In this document: one piece after another, positions 46,181 through 56,181 of the stretch
How the letters are laid out: the number at the start of each line of letters is the position of its first letter
How positions within the stretch are numbered: position 1 is the first letter of the stretch
Source: an uncultured virus (IMG/VR IMGVR_UViG_3300032030_000077)
Lineage: Duplodnaviria; Heunggongvirae; Uroviricota; Caudoviricetes
Reading direction: 5' to 3' (one strand)
IMG/VR virus record: IMGVR_UViG_3300032030_000077
DNA length: 64,000 nt
Notes under the pieces: model-generated
What the model saw: only the letters and a program-made list of their open reading frames with translations
The model's database searches: none
Told to the model about the DNA's origin: nothing
Translations under genes and position numbers: made by a program

Positions 46181-47047
46181 TTAAACTCCTTCATAGCATA
46201 CAGGATTTACAAAACTTGCTTCACTAATAGCATTATTAGGATCATTTATGTGAATAGTGTTAAGACCAGATTTAAATGTAATCCAGTCTGGATTCTGGTT
46301 GATAAGGTTTAATGCATTATGGTCGGCATCAGCAGTGTCAGTCCATATGCATCCCTTATTACCGAGGACACTTGTTAAGGTTATGATGTCACCTTCAACA
46401 AAACCGCCAATAGGTGTAAAGACATCTATTAACTGCGCATCTCCGTCAGGATTTGCACAAGTTATGGTAAAAGCAGGAACTCCAGCATGAACCGGAGCTT
46501 CGACTGCAGAACCGATTGTGATTGTCAAATATCCACCGGTTTCTACCTCACCCTCATACTCTATAGTAGTGTTTGCATTCGGAATTATCGGTGTAGTCAC
46601 ATCACCATTCGAGTCGTACCATTTAGGGTCTGGACATATAAGGCTTACTTGTGTCTTGCACATGTCACTAAATATCAACGGCTCATTCTTCTCAACATAA
46701 CCATATGTCCAAACGGTTCGATTATCTGCTTCTATCTCTATGCATACTTTTTTTTTAATCGGAAAGAGTTGGTAGGAATACTGGCGTGTGCTTTCTATAC
46801 CCGAACCGCTCTCCGAATAGAATATCAGTTCTATAACAATATTCCTTTTACCAACTCTTGCCGAATTAAACAGGTCTCCATCTACTACCATCTCTGTGGT
46901 GTTTATGTCTGCCTCTACAGGACCAAGACCGTCTATATTATCGATGGCAAAACCTGTTTTATCTGTAACATTTGTCGGATCTGTAAGTACCATAGTAAAG
47001 GCATCCGACTTATCCGGCTTCTGAAAAACCGTCACTTTTTTAATCAT
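46181..47047 (-). CDS. Distal tail protein (Dit)
   Basis: Follows the TMP; I.GLGP..A.IN...DG......RNIV...CPDP motif. Confidence 0.75.
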   Translation of the reverse strand: MIKKVTVFQKPDKSDAFTMVLTDPTNVTDKTGFAIDNIDGLGPVEADINTTEMVVDGDLFNSARVGKRNIVIELIFYSESGSGIESTRQYSYQLFPIKKKVCIEIEADNRTVWTYGYVEKNEPLIFSDMCKTQVSLICPDPKWYDSNGDVTTPIIPNANTTIEYEGEVETGGYLTITIGSAVEAPVHAGVPAFTITCANPDGDAQLIDVFTPIGGFVEGDIITLTSVLGNKGCIWTDTADADHNALNLINQNPDWITFKSGLNTIHINDPNNAISEASFVNPVCYEGV

Positions 47048-47069
47048 TTTGAATTTTCTCCTTTACTAT

Positions 47070-47104
47070 AAAAAGACCTCTGCAAGCTGTGACACCTGCA
47101 GAGG
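47070..47104 (-). terminator. Intrinsic terminator after the TMP
   Basis: CCUCUGCAGG-UGUCACAG-CUUGCAGAGG-UCUUUUU. Confidence 0.75.
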
Positions 47105-47127
47105 CACAGAAAGAAAAGAGGTACAAA

Positions 47128-50100
47128 TTAGGAAATAGCATTAACAAGTTGTGAGAAACCGTTACGAGTCTGACGATAGATCTCAGTCCTGCTAAGTGCT
47201 TTAGGGCTATTGTTAGTCTGATTGAATGTGATTGACTTAGGCTCTGCATTCTGCTCAGCTATAATATTGCCAAGCTGAGTAATCATTTCTGCCTGCTGGT
47301 CATCGTTTCTAGCCTGAATAGCTATCTGACGACCATTAAACATGTTTGCAAGAGCTGCAGATCTAGCATTAACCTGAGACAAATCCAAAGTAGGAGTTAT
47401 GACAGGATTAATGTCTATACTGCCATCAAGCATTCCAGACAGCTGCTGAATAGCTTCTTGTACGGGAGATAATGTTCCTAAAGCCATTTCTCCTGAAGCA
47501 TCTTCAGCTAAACCTGAATAATTACGAAGACCTATTGCTAAGCCTTCATCGATGAATTTACCGATTTGCATGAACACTCTGGACGGCGATTTAATTTGCA
47601 GTTCGTCTCTTGCTGCTCTGGAAGCTCTAATAGCAACCGTTCTAGCAGCCTGTTCAACTCCGGCTATAGCGTTTTCTGAGCTGATTCCTCTTCCAATTCC
47701 TCTTGTGATCTGTTCACCGATAGAAAGCCACTGATGCTCAGCATTAACGGTCAATGCATAATTAATACCATAAATCAAGTCGTTAAAAGTATTTGTAAAT
47801 CCAGCGCCTCTTCTTTCAAGGTCTATTCCAGCACAAATCTGGTCAATAAATTTATGTCCTACTTCTTTAAACGAATCTATGGCATTGTCAAATATGTTTG
47901 TTATCGTTTCTATTACCAATCTAGCATTAGCTTCGACTCTTGCTATGGCGTCACGGTCAGACATACCGTTTGCTACTTCATTCACATAACCTGTTCCGGC
48001 CGACCTTGCTGATCCGCTATTGCTTATGCCATCAGAAGCACTATTAGCAATATTGGTTCCTGCTGTACGACCAAGTTCAGAAGTTGCAGAATCTGTAGAA
48101 ATACGGTTTGTCAAATCGCTCATACCGTTCTTGTAAGAAATATAAAATTCCTCAATGTCAAGAGGCTCTCCTAATGCTGCACTCAATTCAGCAGAGAGTT
48201 CATTCTTAAGAGCTTTTGCTTCCCTAGCAATTTTCTGATTATACATTTCTGTATAAGAGTCTAATTGTGCATCGGTCATGCTATTAAGCATCTTAAGCTC
48301 AGCCAGTGAATCTACACCCATGCTAGCAATGGCTTCTCTGAGGTTCATATCTGAAATACGATTCATCAAAGATCCAACTGTAGCGTTGTATTCGTTGAGC
48401 TGGTCGATCTGAGCCTGCAAATTCGTGATTAACTGGTTTGTAGATTCATTAGTCGCGACGTAACTTGCGATGTCTGTATACTCTCCAGTTATCTGAGATA
48501 TGCTTCCAGTCAATTCATTTTGAATTTTGTTCTGGTTGGCCTGAACTTTCTGTCTGTACATTTCCTGATAGCTCGACAGATCTCTATCATTCATCCTATA
48601 AAGCGCTCTAAGCTCGGGAAGTTTGTCGACATCCATCTGAGAAATGGCTGCTCTCAGGTTTTCATCGGTTACTCTTCCACTAAGCGACGCTACAATTGTA
48701 TTGAGCTCGTTGACCTGGTTAACCTGATCCTCGAGATTCTTCATTAATGTCTCAGGAGCAAAAGACTCATCTTCCATCTTAACTTCTGCAAAGAGATCCT
48801 GACTGTTCGTTCTCTCTACTGCAGACTGATAGATGTTCTCGTACTGATTCATTATGTCTTTGATAGTATCGAGGAAGTCATCGCCCTGAGAATCTACACC
48901 CTTGAATAAGTCTTTATTAGCATTTGTCTTGGCATCGTCCCACAGATCTTCATATTTCTCCATGAGACCGTCAATCTTCTGCATAAGTTCATCTGTTTGT
49001 CTAGATGCACTAGAAGCTGAAGAACCAACTCCACCCATAGATCCACCAAGATCGTCAAGAGATCCAGATGTCAAATCAGAGATGTTACCAAGATTAGACA
49101 ATGAATTCTCGAAATCTTTAAGAAGATCTGTAAATGTCGAACCATAATCAAGAATACCTTCATCGGTTTCCTGTAAGTTCTGGCTAGCCTGTTCTGCCTG
49201 GTATGCTAAATACTCTTCGGGGCTTCTAAAGTTCCTTATAAAGTTTTCTTCATAAGCTCTCTGCTGAGCAGTTGCAAGTCTGCCAGCATCAGCTCTTACT
49301 CTAGCAGTATCATACCAACCAGCTTTCTTACCGGTCTTACCTTTTCCGCCACCGCTAACCAAGTCAAATATTCCAGAGAGGTCAAGATTTCCACTTAAAC
49401 CAGCTTTGAAATTAGCAGCAAAACTTTCAGCGGAATTAGCTCCAGCATTACCGAATACACTTATTCCTTCAAGATTTACAAAATCACCCATTTGAGCTGT
49501 TGCGGATCTGAGTATGGATTCAGCACTGGCATTAGTCAAACCTGCACCGGCTCCAGCAACCATGTTTCCGCCCCATTCGTCTTCAGTTCTGGTCGAAGGT
49601 GAATGTATGCCCATTTCTTCTTTAAACTTATTATCAATTATAGCAGCCATACCGATAGCGCTGGTTTCAAGAATGGCTTTAGCATGCTCATTTATCAAAC
49701 CTTTAGCCAATCCAGCGACTATCTGTAAGCTTGCATAATTTGTAACAGCGTCTGCTATACGGAGAATGTCATTTGTTGCCTTAATAAACTCGTCAGCATT
49801 GAGACCACCAAGAATAGTTGACATGTTGAAAATATCAACAAGATCTGTCATCATCTTGGTCGCTGCTTCAAGACCGGCATCGATAGCAGATTTCATTGAT
49901 GCAATAGCAACAAGAGGCCCAACTGCCAGTAAAAGACCAGCATTTATTGCTCCGACTTTGACTACACCTAAAACATTAGCTCCAGCGAGCATGTTAAGTG
50001 CAGTTACAAATATAAGTATTCCTTCAAGCTTAATTCCTGTCATTATTTCAGTAATTCTTTTTATAGAATCGCATACAAATGTGATCAGACCTATTCCTGA

Positions 50101-53100
50101 AATAACTGCATTTTGAATTGTGGCAAATGAACCAACTATTCCAAAAAGTCCTAACAGAGAAATTACAGCTCCCTGGAGTATTGCAAGTCCGGCAATCGCA
50201 GGAATTCCTAACGCACCGACTGCTATAATCATCAACATAGTTACTGTTAGACTTCTCATGGACTGAGTAATTGCTTCCATGACAGTAACAGTATTCTCAA
50301 CATTACCAATTGCTCCAACTCCGGCTAAAAGAGCAGCAAAGCCTGCAATAGATGTCAAAAGTATTGCAAACATTGCGTTTCCGAGAAGGATCATCGGTCC
50401 AAGATTTCCTAAGAAACTCAATACTACAGAAAATACCAATAAGAATGGAAGTAAACCGTTCATTGCCTTGGTTAACGATTCCATTATGGTTACGGTATTG
50501 TCTACATTTCCTATTGTCCCTATGTATGCCATGAAAGCGCCGAACGACGCAACAAGTCCGAGCAGCATAGTAAATCCAGCAACACTTAGGAAGAACTCTT
50601 TATTGACATTTAAAACACTAAGTACTGACATGGTTATTAACAAGAATGGTAATAATCCGGTCATTGTTAAAACCATTCCTTGCATTATTGTCAAAGTGTC
50701 TGAAGGATCTCCTATTAACCCTATGAGAGACATGAGAAGACCAAACACACTTATTACACTAAGTAACGCAGAGAAAGCGCCAACACCTTTATAAATCTGG
50801 TCTGTAGCATTAATCTTACTGAGCAAGAATATAATTCCAGTGATAACGAACGATAAAGAACTCATCGCAACGACAATTCCGGTCAATGCATTTATCGAAT
50901 TTGTAGACCCAATTATTGCTGCTGATGACGCGAAAAATAACGACATGAAACCCAATACAGCTGTAATTCCACTAAAAGCCTTTATCGCGTTAGCAGGTAT
51001 TTGAGTAACCTTGCTTAACAAAACCAGTGTTTCGGCAACAACAATGGACAATACAGACATGCTCATAGCTATAGCAAGCAAAGCACCTTTATCAGCGACA
51101 GGTATCTTGCTAAGCGCAAATATGTCAGCAGTCAAGATAGCCAAAGTGTAAATCATGGCTTTAAGAGTATTGTCGTCAAGTTTTACAGGCTTTATATGAC
51201 TAAGCGAGTACGATAATGCAGTAAGTATAATGCCAATTGAAACTGCTGAACTAAGCACTGAATCCCACTGAACATTAGCGAGCACAGCAAGAGCACCGGT
51301 AAGGACGATTATAAGACTAACCATCTGGAGAATTGTCTTTCCATTTTGATTTTGCTTAAGTCCGAAACCGTTAAGCTTTTCTGCGGCGACAGCTATGGCT
51401 CCAAGAACTAATGCCATTCCACCTGCAGCAGCTACAGCTCTATATGGATCAAGAATTGTCATTATTGAGATCATCATTGTCATCGTAAAGATGAGCCCAA
51501 CAAGTCCTCTAAGTGACGATCCATTGGTTCCCTGAAGTGCTTTTATTGATGCATATATTCCAACAAACGAAGCTACTATAATACTTAATGTTTTAGCAAT
51601 GTCCTGCCATGAATACTTAGAAATTGTTTCCATGGTAGAACCATATGCTTTAAGCAATACAGCAACAGCCATGAGACTAAGTATTACACCCATGAGACCG
51701 CTCTGAGATGACTTATTGTAATACAAACCACCTTTTAAGCTTGCTGTAAATGTCTTATCAGCAGTGCCTAAAGTTCTTGTTATAAGCCATATTGCTCCTG
51801 CAAACAGAACTAATACCGATGCTGCTTTTGCCCAGCTTGAATAGAATGTATCAGCATCAAACTTGGCATATGCACTGATAATGTCTGTAAACTGATTAAG
51901 CACGATCAAGAATGCCATCATATCTACAGCACTTGCCATGAGCCCAAATCCAGCCTTCTTACATGCTGCGCCCATGATAGCAACTGATCCAGCCATAATA
52001 AGCATAGCCAGTCCGATTTCAGCAAATACAAACCATACAGAATTAGCATCGTCTTTGCTTCTGAAACGTCTGTTCATGTCAGCAAATGTTTCAACAACAG
52101 AAGCGAATCCTTTTAAAACAGCTGTAAATGCCAACATCACAACTGCAGCTCCGAGTAATCCTCCGCCAGCTTTCTTGCAAGTTGTACCGAGTATTGCCAC
52201 AGCAGCGATAATTGTAGCTAAAACAGCACCCATTCGATCAAAGCCGAGCCACATTTCTTCTTCAGGAATATTAGCCCAAGCTACAACAGCTTTATACAAA
52301 ATATAAATAGAACCAGCTATGCTCACAAGAAGAAGTGCAATACTTGTGAATAAAGATGCTCTTCCAATATTCTTTAAGAAAGACTGTATTCCTTTAGCTA
52401 CTCTTTCCATAGATCTGGAAAGTGAAGCCATAAACGAGGAAACAGCTTTCTCCCACGGTTTAACTTTATCTTTTGACTGGTTCATCGCAGTCACAGCGTT
52501 CATTATTCTCTGAATAGCAAAGCTTACTCCCATTATTGCAAGAGTAACTGCCATAAGAACACCTATTGTATTAAGTATTCTATCTGCAGGAACGAAGCTG
52601 AGAACAACAATTGCTGCTGCAAATATCAAGAACGCAGTAGCCATCTTCTTAATAGAACTTGCTGCAAGAGACAGAGCTTCGGCATTGTTCTTATTCGCCC
52701 AAGATGTTACTGCTCTAGAAATTGCAGAGCCAACTCTAAGCACATTGTATAAAACGCCAAAAGTAAGAAGTGACTCGATGATTGCGACTACCGATGTAAG
52801 TCCTAAGAACTTTGTCGATATGAACTCATAAACGGACATAAATGCATTCTTAATCCGTTCGCCAATATTTGCAAATATTTCTATGAGACCTGCACCAGTG
52901 CTCTTCATCTTATCGAAGACCGATGCCATGGTTTCTCTAAGATTTGTAAATGCTCTTGCTATTCCAACAAAGAACAACCCAATTGCTCCGAGGAACGACA
53001 GAATTGCTCTCTGAATAACAGGAAGCATTCCGCCAGTCAAGAATGTTCCGACGAGCTGTCTGAAAGCTCTTATCATCTCATAGACTCTGGAAAGATCGAT

Positions 53101-55155
53101 ATTCTTCAAACTTTCACCAAGAAGCTTAAATACTTCAGCAACTTCCCTTATGGCAAGTCCAACAAGGCCTATAATAATTCCAAGAACAGTTATTATAGCT
53201 CTTCCGGCATAAGTGAAAGTGGTAGTAAGGATTCTTACAACAGAGTCAAGAATCTTAGATTCAGCTATGAAATCGACTATATAAGCAATTATTTCTGCAA
53301 AAATAGAAACAAATGCAATAACTACATCAACCAATGGAGTAAAAGCTCCAACAATCTTAATTACTCCACCAGCTAATTTAGCGATTACACTAATTCCAGT
53401 TTTTACTATCTTAAAAAATGTCGTAAATATTTTTACAAGATTTCTCTGAGCAGGAACCGAAAGCTTAAGTTTCGAAGTAAAATCCGAAATAGCTTCAGTT
53501 ATTCCAACAACTCCCTGAACTCCGTTTCCTGTAAATACTTTTAAAAATGCTTCAATAGCAGGGCCAACAACTGAAGAAATACCATTACCAAGGTTAATTG
53601 CTACAGAAAGGACATTCTTTAAAATGTTGGCAAGCTGTGAAATTCTGGTTTCTGCAACAGTATTACCGAATGCAGCAGACATAGCGTTGGAAAACTGCTC
53701 AAATGAGATTTCGCCATTATGGCACATCATAACTATCTCATCTTCAGTCTTGTCCATAGACTCAGCAAGGTTCTTGTAAACCTTACCCATGTCATTTCCG
53801 CTATTATGCATAATCTGCGTAAGTACAGTTATTGCAGACTGTGAATTCCTTGCACCAGATTCAACATCATCAAATACCGATTTAATAAATCCAAAACTGC
53901 TTCCTGACAGTTGAGCAATTGCTGACATGGTCTGCTCTATAACATTCTGTCCACCATGCCAAACATTGAACAAATCATGAGCTTTTTCAGTTAATCTAGT
54001 AATAGCATTAACAAATAGCTCAACGATACTTGCTTCTTTTTCTACTCCAGGAAACTTTATTTTGAAATTTAACGCTTTTCTTACCTGGTTGATAGCTATT
54101 CTCACATCGTTAAGAATAGGAATCATCTTTTCTCTGAAAGGACCAATGAAATCCGCACCTATCTTAGACAGAGCGAACTTCATGTTACTAAATGCACCAG
54201 TGAAAGTGTTGTTAGCATCCTTAGCATGATCGCCATAAGTGGCATCCATAGCCTTTGCAAAAGTCATGAAGTCGATCTGACCTTTGGAAACCATGTCACG
54301 GATGTCTTTCTCTGTTGCATTGGCTGTAACACCAATATCATTCAGGTAATCTCTCAAAGTAGCTGCGGCATTAAGACCTCTAGCAGAAAGACTCTGCAGG
54401 TCTATTGCCATTACCCTACCATTACCAGAAATTCTCTCAAACACATGGGCGATATCGTCATAAGACGCATTAGCCATTGCCGCAGTACCAGAAATGGATC
54501 TCAATGCAACCTGCATTTCTGTTCTTAACAGACCGTTTGCATCTTTCAGATCTTCCGAGAAATGAAGAACATCGACACCTGAAGTAGCAAGAACTGATGC
54601 CGCTTTAGCAGCTGAGTCCAGTCCATAAGCAGTGTCTGCAACAGCATAATCAGCTGCATTCATTGCTACTATAAGGTCTTCAGACATTCCAACCATGTTT
54701 GCAATCTCCGAAGAAGATGCTCTCATGGTCATGTTAAGTTTAGCTATTCCTTCGTCAGTCTTACCAAACAGACCTTCCAACTGGAACTGAGCCTGAGCAA
54801 TATTGGCAGCTCTGTTGGTACCACCAGTAATGATCTGCTGCCAAGGTTTAGCTAAAACTCGCCCTAATTTACCAGCGAGATTCATTACTTCATTGGTAAT
54901 TCGCTGAATAGCAGTCATACCAACGATTCCAAAAGTCGAGAATCTATCAGACAAGCTTTCAAGACTTGATGTAATACCGGAAAGATCTATGTTTCTTGTG
55001 GCTCTTTCGAGAGAATCAAAGCTATTTGCATCAAACTGAAGGCTGTCTTTTAACTCATTTACAATATCTATGGTCTGGGAGACATTCTCTACAAACTTCG
55101 AGTTGTCAAATTTAATCTCTACCACATTAGTATCAATTACATCGTTCTCATTCAT
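47128..55155 (-). CDS. Tape measure protein
   Basis: 2675 aa, Ala/Gly/hydrophobic helical repeats, located upstream of Dit/Tal. Confidence 0.9.
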   Translation of the reverse strand: MNENDVIDTNVVEIKFDNSKFVENVSQTIDIVNELKDSLQFDANSFDSLERATRNIDLSGITSSLESLSDRFSTFGIVGMTAIQRITNEVMNLAGKLGRVLAKPWQQIITGGTNRAANIAQAQFQLEGLFGKTDEGIAKLNMTMRASSSEIANMVGMSEDLIVAMNAADYAVADTAYGLDSAAKAASVLATSGVDVLHFSEDLKDANGLLRTEMQVALRSISGTAAMANASYDDIAHVFERISGNGRVMAIDLQSLSARGLNAAATLRDYLNDIGVTANATEKDIRDMVSKGQIDFMTFAKAMDATYGDHAKDANNTFTGAFSNMKFALSKIGADFIGPFREKMIPILNDVRIAINQVRKALNFKIKFPGVEKEASIVELFVNAITRLTEKAHDLFNVWHGGQNVIEQTMSAIAQLSGSSFGFIKSVFDDVESGARNSQSAITVLTQIMHNSGNDMGKVYKNLAESMDKTEDEIVMMCHNGEISFEQFSNAMSAAFGNTVAETRISQLANILKNVLSVAINLGNGISSVVGPAIEAFLKVFTGNGVQGVVGITEAISDFTSKLKLSVPAQRNLVKIFTTFFKIVKTGISVIAKLAGGVIKIVGAFTPLVDVVIAFVSIFAEIIAYIVDFIAESKILDSVVRILTTTFTYAGRAIITVLGIIIGLVGLAIREVAEVFKLLGESLKNIDLSRVYEMIRAFRQLVGTFLTGGMLPVIQRAILSFLGAIGLFFVGIARAFTNLRETMASVFDKMKSTGAGLIEIFANIGERIKNAFMSVYEFISTKFLGLTSVVAIIESLLTFGVLYNVLRVGSAISRAVTSWANKNNAEALSLAASSIKKMATAFLIFAAAIVVLSFVPADRILNTIGVLMAVTLAIMGVSFAIQRIMNAVTAMNQSKDKVKPWEKAVSSFMASLSRSMERVAKGIQSFLKNIGRASLFTSIALLLVSIAGSIYILYKAVVAWANIPEEEMWLGFDRMGAVLATIIAAVAILGTTCKKAGGGLLGAAVVMLAFTAVLKGFASVVETFADMNRRFRSKDDANSVWFVFAEIGLAMLIMAGSVAIMGAACKKAGFGLMASAVDMMAFLIVLNQFTDIISAYAKFDADTFYSSWAKAASVLVLFAGAIWLITRTLGTADKTFTASLKGGLYYNKSSQSGLMGVILSLMAVAVLLKAYGSTMETISKYSWQDIAKTLSIIVASFVGIYASIKALQGTNGSSLRGLVGLIFTMTMMISIMTILDPYRAVAAAGGMALVLGAIAVAAEKLNGFGLKQNQNGKTILQMVSLIIVLTGALAVLANVQWDSVLSSAVSIGIILTALSYSLSHIKPVKLDDNTLKAMIYTLAILTADIFALSKIPVADKGALLAIAMSMSVLSIVVAETLVLLSKVTQIPANAIKAFSGITAVLGFMSLFFASSAAIIGSTNSINALTGIVVAMSSLSFVITGIIFLLSKINATDQIYKGVGAFSALLSVISVFGLLMSLIGLIGDPSDTLTIMQGMVLTMTGLLPFLLITMSVLSVLNVNKEFFLSVAGFTMLLGLVASFGAFMAYIGTIGNVDNTVTIMESLTKAMNGLLPFLLVFSVVLSFLGNLGPMILLGNAMFAILLTSIAGFAALLAGVGAIGNVENTVTVMEAITQSMRSLTVTMLMIIAVGALGIPAIAGLAILQGAVISLLGLFGIVGSFATIQNAVISGIGLITFVCDSIKRITEIMTGIKLEGILIFVTALNMLAGANVLGVVKVGAINAGLLLAVGPLVAIASMKSAIDAGLEAATKMMTDLVDIFNMSTILGGLNADEFIKATNDILRIADAVTNYASLQIVAGLAKGLINEHAKAILETSAIGMAAIIDNKFKEEMGIHSPSTRTEDEWGGNMVAGAGAGLTNASAESILRSATAQMGDFVNLEGISVFGNAGANSAESFAANFKAGLSGNLDLSGIFDLVSGGGKGKTGKKAGWYDTARVRADAGRLATAQQRAYEENFIRNFRSPEEYLAYQAEQASQNLQETDEGILDYGSTFTDLLKDFENSLSNLGNISDLTSGSLDDLGGSMGGVGSSASSASRQTDELMQKIDGLMEKYEDLWDDAKTNANKDLFKGVDSQGDDFLDTIKDIMNQYENIYQSAVERTNSQDLFAEVKMEDESFAPETLMKNLEDQVNQVNELNTIVASLSGRVTDENLRAAISQMDVDKLPELRALYRMNDRDLSSYQEMYRQKVQANQNKIQNELTGSISQITGEYTDIASYVATNESTNQLITNLQAQIDQLNEYNATVGSLMNRISDMNLREAIASMGVDSLAELKMLNSMTDAQLDSYTEMYNQKIAREAKALKNELSAELSAALGEPLDIEEFYISYKNGMSDLTNRISTDSATSELGRTAGTNIANSASDGISNSGSARSAGTGYVNEVANGMSDRDAIARVEANARLVIETITNIFDNAIDSFKEVGHKFIDQICAGIDLERRGAGFTNTFNDLIYGINYALTVNAEHQWLSIGEQITRGIGRGISSENAIAGVEQAARTVAIRASRAARDELQIKSPSRVFMQIGKFIDEGLAIGLRNYSGLAEDASGEMALGTLSPVQEAIQQLSGMLDGSIDINPVITPTLDLSQVNARSAALANMFNGRQIAIQARNDDQQAEMITQLGNIIAEQNAEPKSITFNQTNNSPKALSRTEIYRQTRNGFSQLVNAIS

Positions 55156-55538
55156 AGAGCTTCTATCTCCTTTCTCATATCTTCGGCTATCTGAACAAAT
55201 ACCGGTAACATAGCCGGAGTAATGTAGTCATTTGGAGGAACCCATACACCTGATCTGGTACCGTGGCCATAGTAAACAAGTAACGCCACGTTTTTACCAT
55301 TCTCTATGTCTGTGTTATAAAATATCAAACTGACAGAATTACGTGTTCTGCGTATCTTATAATGCCAAGATGACGCCAATAATCCCGTAACTTTAGGAGT
55401 TGTTTCAGCCAAAGCTGCAACTCCAAGCTTTCCGTAATAGTCCAGTCTACCTAACTTGATGAATTCCAAACATTTTTCAAGGAAAGAATTTGTTTTCTTG
55501 AAATCTCCTTTGAGACTGCATGTGATAGCTGAACTCAT
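55152..55538 (-). CDS. HK97 gp10-like tail/neck component
   Basis: TP..TG.LA.SW, A..V.YGH.T..G..V....YI.PA; start moved to MSSAIT. Confidence 0.7.
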   Translation of the reverse strand: MSSAITCSLKGDFKKTNSFLEKCLEFIKLGRLDYYGKLGVAALAETTPKVTGLLASSWHYKIRRTRNSVSLIFYNTDIENGKNVALLVYYGHGTRSGVWVPPNDYITPAMLPVFVQIAEDMRKEIEAL

Positions 55539-55548
55539 TTTGAATTTC

Positions 55549-56112
55549 CTAGCCTTTCGAGTTATACTTGGCTCTTCTTGCAGCATTCAAAGCCATGTTA
55601 CGTTGCATAATCTCACTTTTTCCCATCTTCTTAGGCGGTGTATTCTTAGCATTGCATACTTCGATAAGCCTAATGAGCCTGTTAAGATGCCATTTTTCGA
55701 ACTCACAAGGTATCTGAAGGGCTATCATCCAGTAATAGATAAGTTCTGAAGTTACAACCTCTTTGGGACCTGACTTTTGACCAGGAACTTCACGTATGGT
55801 TGTAGCAGTCATCGGATCGTTTATGTAATCAGAAATCTTTTTTATATCATCGGCTGTCAAATAGTTGTAAACGACATCAGGTACATTCTGGTTTATTGTC
55901 ATACACTTGATGTAGTGTATAGTCTGCTCTTCTGTATGCTGCTCTTTTGACATAAACGGAATATGCCACTTTGATTCCCATTTCGAAATCGATATTAGGG
56001 AATGCTCTAGATTAAGATCAATAGCTCTATTGCCAGGAATTTTGCGGAACTCCTCTTTCTTGGGGTCCCAATAGTCCTTTTCAGGATGCTCATCGATGTG
56101 AATCGTGATCAT
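55549..56112 (-). CDS. Putative tail assembly chaperone (second, GT-like part)
   Basis: EHSL.SISKWE.KW, TSELIYYWM and WHLNRL motifs; near the TMP; start at MITIH after AAAGGAG. Confidence 0.55.
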   Translation of the reverse strand: MITIHIDEHPEKDYWDPKKEEFRKIPGNRAIDLNLEHSLISISKWESKWHIPFMSKEQHTEEQTIHYIKCMTINQNVPDVVYNYLTADDIKKISDYINDPMTATTIREVPGQKSGPKEVVTSELIYYWMIALQIPCEFEKWHLNRLIRLIEVCNAKNTPPKKMGKSEIMQRNMALNAARRAKYNSKG

Positions 56113-56128
56113 TGGTGTCTCCTTTACC

Positions 56129-56164
56129 AATAAAACCAGGTGGAGCTTTGACACCCCACCCGGC
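56129..56164 (-). terminator. Intrinsic terminator after the capsid gene
   Basis: GCCGGGUGGGG-UGUCAAAG-CUCCACCUGGU-UUUAUU. Confidence 0.75.
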
Positions 56165-56181
56165 TGAATAAAAACTTAAGA

